From Amoebophrya sp. A120 (taxonomy: Eukaryota; Protista; Dinoflagellata), in contig CAJINV010000006.1 in NCBI GenBank assembly GCA_905178155.1, positions 4,113,709 to 4,177,708 of the forward strand: 64,000 nucleotides of DNA, in the 5' to 3' direction. Positions 36,698-46,800 of the stretch are shown here, piece by piece. The notes beneath the pieces were generated by a model, which did no database searches, was not told where the DNA came from, and saw only the letters and a list, made by a program, of their open reading frames with translations. Both the position numbers and the translations under genes were made by a program. Numbering within the stretch: the stretch's first letter is position 1; each line of letters opens with the position of its first letter.

Positions 36698-39600
36698 TCA
36701 TGCGGAGTAGATGTCGGAAACCTCCGTTTTCAGTTTTTTCGTGGTCAAATCTATCAACTGCAAAAATGTCTGGGTCTGGAAGATGCGAGATTTGTCATGC
36801 TAGTTTGGTATGAGTCTGCACTCTGTATTGCGTGGCCACCAAGAGCAGGTCCTCTTGCCTGTCATGCAAAGTCGCAGTTTCTCATGCGAAATACGCAGCA
36901 CAGAAGCACGAAAAAACTTCTCATGCTTGGTGGCGCATTCCAGAGCTCTTATTGTTCACGGACTTGCATCACAAATTTCCAGACCCAGACATTTTTGCAT
37001 TTGATAAAATCCAGGGAACAAACAAACTGCGTCGGGATGGTATCCCACGAAAAAAGTGTTACAGTTTACACATTTGTTAGCATAAGTAACAATTCAGCAA
37101 CACAAATTTAGTTCTCTGCATGAGTAGAGAGAAAACTTGCATCAATGCAGAAATTTTATAAGGGAAATAAACACGAATGGAATGAGGCTGGAATTGGAAA
37201 GCATTTTATGCATGACAGAGCTTGTCTCTGATGCTTGGTCTGCCTAGACTATGTATATAGAACTGTATACTCTTTTTTCTTTGCATAGATGGGCATCTCT
37301 TTCCAGTCGTCGTTCTGCATGATGTTCAAGTTCAGGTTCTGCGACTATCAATTGCAAAAATGTCTGGGTCTGGAAGATTTGTCATGCAATTTTTGCATGA
37401 CCCGTGAGATCTGTGATGCAAGTCCTAGCATCACAGATCATTTTTTGAGAGCTTCTTGATGCTTGTCACGCATGAGAAATGCTCTCTCCGCGTCGTGCCA
37501 AGAACTGGACTCCTCTTGCTGCTCATGCAACACAGATACTTTTAGAATCCGCAGAGAGCATTACAGGCTCCGCTCTTCCAGTAGACCCAGACATTTTTTC
37601 ATTTGATAGCGACAGGCTGTGCACAATCTTCGCGTTTTGGGCGCTCTCGGTGTGGAGGTACACGTTCAACCCGTCGACTTTGTCGGACTATCAAAGTGAA
37701 CAAAGCCCCCACCCCATACTAAAACGGAGATTTGTGTAGCATGATTTGCCACCACAAATCTGGTTGTCATGCTAGAAGGCAAAAGATGCGGACTGTAGTG
37801 CTGGGTGGCGTGGCAAAGCCTTGCACTTTCAGCATGAGAGGAGGCAACTGGAAGTGGGAAACAGCATGACAAACTGCCTGCAGTCCAGGCCACAGCTGCG
37901 TCTCTTGGCATTCTAGCAATACAAGTCGATTTGTGTACGCAAATCTAGCATCACAAGTTTCGTTTTCGATATGGGGAGGGGGGATTTTTCCTCGCAATAC
38001 GGACTGAATGGTGTTCACGGAGCCCTGGCAGTGGAGGTAAATCGTCTTGCAGTTGATGATATCAAATGCAAATATGTCTGGGTCTGGAAGGTGGCAACTT
38101 GTCATGGTAAATCTGAAGCATGCAAAAATCTGTGTTGCATGAGTGCCAAACGTTGTCCACTTTTGACCAAAGTGGACGGGAGTTTCTCATGCAGGGGAGA
38201 CATGGCAGAGACCTCGCAGAGTCTGTCATGCTATGTCCCGCATTCCGGACCTCATGGGTCAAGGTCATGGAAAATCTGCATGACAAGTTTACACTTTTCC
38301 AGACCCAGACATATTTGCAATCCATAGATCACTTCCACCGCAGATAAGACGTCGTTGATGGCCAGCCCAACCTTCTCGCAGTTGTTATCAAATGCAAATA
38401 TGTCTGGGTCTGGAAACTTGTGATGCAAGTCCGTGAACAATAAGTGCCCTGTAATGCGCCGCCAAGCATGACAAGTTTTTTCGTGCTTCTGTGATGCGTA
38501 TTTCGCATGAGAAGCTGCGCTTTTGCATGACAGGCAAGAGGACCTCTTGGTGGCCGCGCAATTATACAGAGTGCAGAGTCATGCCAGACTAGCATGACAA
38601 TCTTCCAGACCCAGACATTTTTGCATTTGATAGTTGTCAACCGTGATTGATTTGATTTTGTTGTCGATTTTAAACGTGGTGCCGTTGCTGTTGGAAATGT
38701 ACCTGATTTTTTATTTGCAGTCGGGAAAAATCAAAATGTGCAACATGTACTAGAGACCTTTACTTTATTTACCTATCGTGGTTTTATTCATCCAGTCTTT
38801 TACGAAAATTCATCGGACATGACGATGACCATGAGCAGTAGGTACTTAGCACGACAAAATAAAGGCGTCTCAGATGATGTTGTTTGCCCGCAGAGAGCCT
38901 CAAACCTAGATCTCAGTAAAAAAAATAGTACGCGCTCTGCTTCTGGTTTGTGTCCGGCAACTCGACCATACCGCCGTTTTCGTAGTTTTCCACGATCCAA
39001 TTCGCATCCCGCTCCAGTTCCTTCTTCGGTTCGCCCTTTGGTTGTCCAATCTTCTTCACTGCCTTTTGCTGGGCGGCGGCGCCTATCCAGTGCAAAAAAT
39101 ATGTCTGGGTCTAGAAGGCATCAAGCTTGTATTGCAGAATTCCCATGCCCCATTGTGTCTGTGATGCACTACATGCCCTAGCGTCACAAATTTATTTCTG
39201 AGGCCACTTTGAATTTGATGCCTATCCCGCATGAGAAACTCCCTCCCCCCGCGTAAGTGGTACAAACTGGACTATTTATCTTGCTGGTCACGCAATACAG
39301 ATTTTTCCACCATCCTGAGACAGCATCACAAGCTGCAACCTTCCAGACCTAGACACATTTGCATTGCATAGCCCCGCCGCCTCCACCGCTACCCTTGGCC
39401 GGAACGACGGACGACTGTTTTGATCAGAGAAAACGGTTTTGCTTTTGTACTAATTGCAATATATGCATGACAAATCTTGTCCTGAAGGTCAAACAGCATG
39501 ACAAATTCGATTTGTCATGCTGAGGTAATTTGTAATGCGATTACTACTAGTACGATGCTTTTGCAATTCATAGGAGGACTGTTTTGATCCGAAACCGGTT

Positions 39601-39847
39601 TTGCTTTTGGTTGCTGTTCTTTCTGCATCACGTCAATTTTTATATCGCAGCTTTCTTTGCGTACTACTTTGTACTTAGTTTATGCATCGATGACAAAAAA
39701 AATATCATAAACGTACATTATTACCGTGCTCGCATCTTTGTTTTTGTAATTTTTCTCCGAGTCGTTGACTTTTCTCAACTTCCCCGCCGCACCCTCCTGG
39801 ATGCCGGAGAGCAGGCCGCTTTGCGGCGCGCTTGGTGACTCTGTCAT
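36698..39847 (-). CDS. CAP: Cyclase-associated protein, WH2 plus C-CAP (CARP) portion
   Basis: Seven introners and two GT-AG introns (39415-39724, 38703-38931) removed give LLSGIQEGAAGKLRKV...NWIVENYEN...KQSAYISNSNGTTFKIDNKIKSITVDNCEKVGLAINDVLSAVEVINCKTIYLHCQGSVNTIQSDKVDGLNVYL...DDWKEMPIPTQF...LKTEVSDIYSA, stop. Confidence 0.93.
36752..37006. mobile_element. TIR introner, family A
   Basis: TSD AAATC; in frame in CAP. Confidence 0.93.
37041..37287. mobile_element. TIR introner, family D
   Basis: TSD GATGG; in frame in CAP. Confidence 0.9.
37346..37608. mobile_element. TIR introner, family A
   Basis: TSD GCGAC; in frame in CAP. Confidence 0.93.
37689..37999. mobile_element. TIR introner, family B
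   Basis: TSD CGGAC; in frame in CAP. Confidence 0.93.
38060..38326. mobile_element. TIR introner, family A
   Basis: TSD GATGA/GATCA; in frame in CAP. Confidence 0.92.
38386..38632. mobile_element. TIR introner, family A
   Basis: TSD GTTGT; in frame in CAP; inverted relative to the 36752 copy. Confidence 0.93.
39084..39370. mobile_element. TIR introner, family A
   Basis: TSD GCGCC/GCCCC; in frame in CAP. Confidence 0.88.
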
Positions 39848-40862
39848 GGTGAAAAGCTACCTACGTTTATTTTGCCCCACAGAGTAGATAATGATATTAA
39901 ATTTAAACTCACGAATGCTTATTTCTCAATAATACTTCTAACTAGAGCGGCTATAATTTTTATGCGAGTTCGTCATGCAAAACGTGTAGTGTTGTGGTAC
40001 TTGTTTGGAAGTGTAGTACACAATGTGCTGTCCACTTCAAACTCTTTGTATTCTTAACCAGGCTTATCTTGCAGTCACAAGAATCTTTATGCTGTACTTA
40101 CTTACTACTCCGATAGAAATGCTCGCATGGCAACAGACAAATTGAAGCGAAAAAAATGTTGCGAACTTTTCATTCGCAAACAGGAGACCACGTTTCATGT
40201 AGTGGAGCAGATCTTGCTTGCGGAAATAAAATTTTCTGATTTTTTTCAGAAAAAACTATGAGAGCCCGAAGATTTTTCTTGGAGGTGAACGCGAATGCTT
40301 TATTTTTCTTGTCGTTCACTAGCTTTTGGTTGTCTGAGTATTTCATACGTACTTGTCTGGAATAGGGAGCTGCATCACTGGAACACGACCGAACTACAAC
40401 TCGACCTGGAATAAGGCACTTATATTTCATTTCATCAGTACAGCAGGACCACAAGTGGACATGGAGCAGGAGGTGATACTACTAGAATTACCATAGCACA
40501 GCTCCAATAGAAGGTGCATTTTTACCTACGAGAACCGATCGTGGAGGCAGCTCTATCATAAGGCAAGACACGAGCGACGTGTTGTTCCAGGCAGGAGCTA
40601 CCTCCCGTGAGCATGGGCTTCACCTCGCCTAGCTAGCTTTTAGGTAGAAGTACTGTTGACGTATGCGCCAGGAGCCTATATGATGTCTAGAGCCTCGCGC
40701 GATGAACGTCGATTCTTTTCAGAACGTAAGTCGTACCCAGGGATGTGGGTTCGTCCCCATCAACTACGCATATAATGCAACAACCCTGCTTGCATAATAT
40801 GATCGCGAAGACCTCCTGCTCCATACGTCGCACTTTACTCGTCCCTTCTGTAGTTGCAAAGT

Positions 40863-43800
40863 TTAGTACATCCTTCCTCGTGGTGCCGCGCATTTATATG
40901 TAATGGTAATCTGAATCTCCCATAGGGCAAAAAGAAGTACATAACTTTTCACAAATTGGATAGCTGTTGGTGGCGCTGGGATCTTTTTCTCCTTCTTTTC
41001 CACCTTCTTGCTCGTCCCGCTACTCCGCTCTTCCGGTGCCGCCATTGCCGGCCCAGCTGATCCTTCTTCCTGCGCCCCCGCGGGCGCTGGTGCTTCTCCT
41101 CCTGACGGGGTAGGAGCAGCGGGTGCAGCGGCTTTCTGGGTCGTCGTGACAGGAGCGGAAGCGATCGCGAGCTCTGGGTCCGGCCGCGAATTCCACTTGA
41201 TTCCCATGCCGAGGTTGGTTTATGGATTGATAAAAGCTGCCATATCGTACTTCGGTTCTCGTATGAAGAAAACTCGGCGCATGATAATCAATTTACAAGA
41301 GTGCTCGTCCGCATGGAAGAAGATGGAGTTCTTGGCATGGTACGGAATAGGTGCAGTTCCATCGTGTTTCATGTTTTTGCTTTAAAAGGAATTGAAAAAG
41401 TAACAACAGAAGATCTTAAAGGCAACTCATTTAGAGTAACGCACTCCATAAAATGGTAGACATTTGACACACATAAAGAGGAGGTTGTTGGTCTCCGGTC
41501 CTCGGTCCTCAGTCCGTCGCGAGGTAATATATGAGGAGATAAGAAGGGAGAAGCGCCAGGCACATAAGAAGGAGGTTGTTGGTCTCCGGTCCTCGGTCCT
41601 CACTCCATCGCGAGGGAGTAGATGAGGAGAGAAGAAGGGAGAGGCACCAGACACATAAGAAGGAGGCTGCTGGTCTCCGGTCCTCGGTCCTCACTCCATT
41701 ACGAGGTAGGACGTGAGGAGATAAGAAGGTAGAAACACCAGACACATAAGAAGGAGTCAGGCAGACAGCCCCGGGCGGTTTCTGTTTCTAATTATTTCCT
41801 AAAAGTTGGCTAATTGGGGAGCTCGATGGGTGTCTTGTTGGCAGCAGGGGGGCCGCGTTTGGCCGCCCCCGGGGCAATGGCGTGGCGCCGGTTTTTGTGT
41901 GTGTTTTGTGGGTACCGGGAACGCCCCGGACGGTGTGGCGCGTCGACAATCGGAGGCCCGCCGCATCCTCTCTGTGGATCCTCACCGGCCCCGAGGTGCA
42001 GGCTTCGCATTTGGGGCCGTTGCCGTTTTGTCATTCCCCTCGGGAGGGCGCCAGGGTTCCCGGATTTCGGTCTGTGTGTGGTGCCCTCTGCCGCGCGGGG
42101 CCCGCGCCCTGACTCCGGGGTCGGGGCGACAGGGGATCGCGCCATTGGTCTGTGTTCTCCATCTTTTCCCGGGGCGGCCGTCCGGTATTCTCCCCCGGGA
42201 AGAATCGGCGGGGCCTCGGGAAAAAGGCCCGCTTTTGCTTGCTAAAACACCTCCCGGAAAATTCTAATTTGAAATTCTAAAACGCCGCTAATCTGTTTCG
42301 GGCCCAATTCTGGACCCGAAAAATGCCCTGGCTAATTGTTACCTAATTTGTTGCTAATTGATTGCTAATTGGCTGGCTAATTTGCATCGGGTGGGAATTT
42401 CGTGTGTGATTTCGCCTATACCTCGGGCATAGGCAAAATCGCACTTGTTTTTTGCGTTGTTCTGCAAATTAGACAGGGCCTGGGGCCTTGGGGTTCTGCA
42501 AATTAGACGCAAGTTAGCCCACCAATTAGAACAGGGGGGCAAAGAAATTAGATTACAAATTAGCAGGGTTTTTTTTGGGGGTCCGCCGGGTCCCGGAGGG
42601 CGTTCCGGGAGTTGTTTTAGCCACCAATTATCCAGCTTTTCTGCCTTTGCCGATTCGCAAATTAGCCGGCTTCGTTGTCTCCTGCTTCGGGTTTCTGTTC
42701 TGTGTTCTCCTCGCCCGGGTTCGGCGCAGGCGATGTCCTCCCCATTCCGTTTTTTTGAGTGCTTGGGGGTGGCCAGGTTAGTTGGGCGATGATGCTCGAG
42801 GTTGGGGCTCATGTTTTTGTGGTGCCGATCCCATGTCCCGGTCGTCGGGACAGCGTGCGCCAATTTCGCCTCTTGGGCGCAGGCAGACCCACGTCCGGAA
42901 GGTGTCCTTGGTTGTGTTTCTTTTGCCGGGCGCGTGTATTGCCATCAACATGTTTCGCCCATCGCTCGGACTTTGGGCGCCTGTCGTTTCAGGTGGGCTC
43001 GCCGAGGATCGACCCTTCGCGTTTTTTAGTACTCAAATTAGCCAAGAACCAGAATCCAATTAGAAGAAAAGGTCGCCCGGGCCTGTCTGCCTGAAAGGAG
43101 GCTGTTGGTCCCCGGTCCTCGGTCCTCAGTTCCTCGCGAGGTAATACGTGCCGAGACAAGGAGGCAGAAGCACCAGACACATGCGCAGGAGGATGCTGCC
43201 CTTCGGTCCTCGGGCCTCAGTTCATCTCGAGGCTAGCAATATAGGGCGGGGCAAGATAGAAGGTAGAGGCACCAGGCACATACCACCTTGCTGGGCGTTT
43301 CGCAGTGCGGGGGGAAATATGAGGGCAGGCATTTGCTTGTCGTTTCGCGGAAGATGATGCTCGTTGCTCTCGAGCATGCGCATCATCTCCCGCAGGCCGC
43401 AGGCAGATATCTACAGCTGCCGGATCTTACATGGTTCCGTGAAGCCGAAGCAGGCGGCGGAGTGGGAATCTTCCGGCTCACCGGAAGAGCCTTCCGGTTC
43501 CGTTTCCGGTTTTGCCGTCCGAAGTGCTTCTCTTTCATCTTCTAAAGCCGCGAAGCTGCGACTTTGTGTGTGATTTCGCCTACCCGGCAGCTTTAGCGGA
43601 TTTTTAGAAGCCTCGAAGCTGCCGCGTGGGCGAAAGAATTAGAAGAATTGCAGAGGCGGAATTAGAAAGCAGAACTAAAGGCATTGCTAAAGGATTTCTT
43701 CGAGGCCTTCTCAGAGGCCATAGCAGAAATGGACCACCAGGAGGCAGCTACTTGTAGCGCAGCACTGCGCAGCCGCCCTCGGGTTGTTGAAGCGACCACC

Positions 43801-46800
43801 TCAGCACCGCCCGCATTTGCAAAAGCTGAGGCGGCCACTTCGACCATTGGGGCGGCACGTGCTCCGCTGCATGTTCTCCGCTGCGCGCGGGCACCAGCGC
43901 GCGCCGCGAGCTTTTTTTCAGTTTGCGGGCGCGCGTCGCGCGCTTGAAGCGCTTTCTTTTGTTGCATCCGTATGCCAATCCACGCGCGCGCCGCGCGCGC
44001 CCAAGCAATATCTGTCGTTCTGCTTCATTCTGTTCCAGCTACACCGCAGAAACCGCGCAGCGACCCAGCTGAGAAATCGCAGCAAGCAAAGCAAATTTTT
44101 TCTCGCCGGGGCGGGGAAGTTGTGGCCTGAGATTTTTGAAGCCCGAAAAGGAAACACTGGTCGGGCCCGGATGGGCCCGGCCATCTGTGGATACCGTCAG
44201 CCGGCCGATGGCTCGCAAATTTGCCGTCTAAAAGGCTGCCGATTTTTTTCTAATATTGTGGGGCCCACATTGTTCCGGCTTGTGGCCCTCCTTTTTTCTT
44301 TTCGTCGTGGCCCCACGAGTGTGGGGCCCCAAGGGTTCTAGAGGTAGTCCGGGCAAGGGTTTTTTCGTCGGTAGTTTTTGCAGGTTTTGGAAATTGGGGC
44401 GCTGGGGATTTTTTTTAATTTTTTTGGCGAAGATTGCCCGCCCCAGTGTCTGCAGGGCCCGTGGCGCATCGGGGCCCGGGGTTTCCAAGGTTTGCGCCCC
44501 TGCGATTTTAGTTTTTGCCCCAGAGGGAAACGGCGCGACTGTTTTCCATTTGTCTCGGGCCGCATATCAATGGCCCCGGCCCGCCCGGCCGAGGTTTATG
44601 AGGGGCGCAGAGGTGGGGTTGGGGGGGGCTAATTTGGGGTCTAATTTCGCGTCTAATTTGTTTCTAATTCAAGCATAGGGAATGCGAAAGGGTTTGCAAT
44701 GAAAAAAATTAGCCGTGATTTAGCCAGGAATTTAGGCGCGAAGTTAGTCGCCTGCCTTAGCATCGATTTAGGCAAGGAATTAGTCGGGGCAAGAGGTGCC
44801 CCGCCCGGTCTGTTTCCGGCTAGGTGGTTGCTGTTGATCATTTCGCCGGGCGGTTTCCCGGTTTTTTGTGTGGGCGAATTGCCGCCCCCCCCTAATCTTG
44901 CACATCGCGCCTGGCCTCCCCTCGGGGTCGCCTCCCTTCTGGGCCATTTTCTCTCTGGATGGGAGGAGCCCGAGGGCGCTAGGTATTTGGCCGCGAAGTT
45001 CTTGGCCCCGTTCGTTTTTGGTGTCCCGCCCCCCATGATTTTTGCCCGGTGGTCTTCGGGTTGGGTGTTGTCTTTGGCGGCATTGCCGCCACTTTCTTTT
45101 TTTGTTTTCCTTCGCGACATTAGAAAAAATATAGCAAGTTTTAAGCCTCGGAGAATGAATGCCCGGGGCCGGCTGCCTGAGATACGGCCCGCCAGACGAC
45201 CGACCGCGCCTACGTATCGAGAAGGAGGCCAATTAATCGCGCGGCCTCTAAAACAAAAAAATAAAAATGAAAACAAAGTAGGGCACAAAAGTAGGCCAAA
45301 AAAGTAGGGCGAAAAAGTAAGACAAAAAACAACAGCAAAAAATAAGAACAAAAAATGAGAACAAAAAGTAAGACACAAACGCAAGCCCAAAACGCAAGAG
45401 CGTGAAAGCGCCCCCGAATTAGAGCGCGGCAAAGGTCTCGCACACAAGGGCGACGCCCCGACGGCTTTCGCCCAATTCCGGAAATGCCATGGGTGGGCGG
45501 CCGCAACACAACAGAGGACAGCGAAGAGGAAAAGGGGGCGCAGCCAGAAGCGAAAGCCTGCGCCGGAAATGGCCAAGGCCGACCGTAAATTTTTTAGGCT
45601 TTGAGTGGGGCCGTCTCCGCAAGGCGCGGCCCAGCAAAAAAAAAAAGCACATGGGCCGGCGCGATTCTGATTAGTGCGATCAGCTTCATGCCCGTAATGG
45701 ATCAAGATGGTCCCGCCACTTTGAAATGGGCCAAGTCCCGACCCGCGTGCCCTTCCTGATCTTTCAAACCAGGTCGCGGCCGACAAGCAACTGAAAGGCG
45801 AGCCGCGGAAAAAAAAAACGAAGGCCGCGCGGGTCGTTTTCATTTGATTGGGGCGGATACCTGCTGGGCGGTGCAGAAATGTATGCTGAAGGCTGACAAA
45901 CCGGCTGGATTTTGTTCATTTCGCCCGTAACTAATCGGACAGCCCGAAGCCAACCGGTCGGGGGTGGAAGCCGAAGGGGCCGGCGCAGATACCGCCTCGG
46001 ACCCTTCTCCCAGCGACAACGACGGACAGCAGCCCCCGGAGCCCCGGCCCGTCGCCTCGAAGTTCCGGCGATGACGAAGGCGGCGCAGGCGGCTAGTGAT
46101 TTCGGTGGGCGGCCACCAATCTGCCAGGTGGCGCGTTTCGTGTTGAAATGCAGGGGGGCGCAAAGAACAACAGCGCGCGCGCGTGGTTCACAGCCTGGCA
46201 GATCGCAAGCGAGGCCGGGCGCGCGCTGTGCATCGCTATCTTTGTTCCCGCGTAGTGCACCGCTTCGCCTTCAGAGCCAGGCGAAGGAATCAACGAAAGC
46301 CGTAAGACCCTGGCGCCGTATGTGGGCGCGCGCGGGCTCACGTCCGTCGTGTCGCTCGGTTGCCGGTTGTGTGATCAAAAGCAACGGGGGCCGGGGCGCC
46401 GTGGCGCTTCAGTTCGCCGCCTGTTCATTTAGTATGTACGGGCGCGCCCGCCAGGGAGGCGAGGTAAAATGGCGGCGCTCGGTCGCCTCCTGTTGCGCCC
46501 GGGCTCCCTCCGCGACGTCATTCATTTTCATGTGCGTCACGGCCGCGGCCGCTGGAACAAACAAAGTCCGGGGGCGGGGCCTGTGCGGGGGGAGCGGCGG
46601 CCGGCCCGATTGCTTTCGTTCGGCCTCCCTGCTGCCTAGCGCGACACGTATTGTTTGCGCCAACTCAGATATTACCAACCTCGGGAGGAACGGAGGGCCG
46701 AGGACCAGAGACCCACACGCCCCCGCCGATGTCCGTAGGCCTTCGACCTTTTTCTGTATGTAAGTGGTGCGCCGCCCCATGAGGGACGGAGGACCGAGAG

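Noticed and set aside
43300-46700. ORFs inside the 6.6-kb element as a candidate transposase
   Set aside because: No DDE, zinc-ribbon or RT motifs visible; composition typical of GC-rich non-coding DNA.
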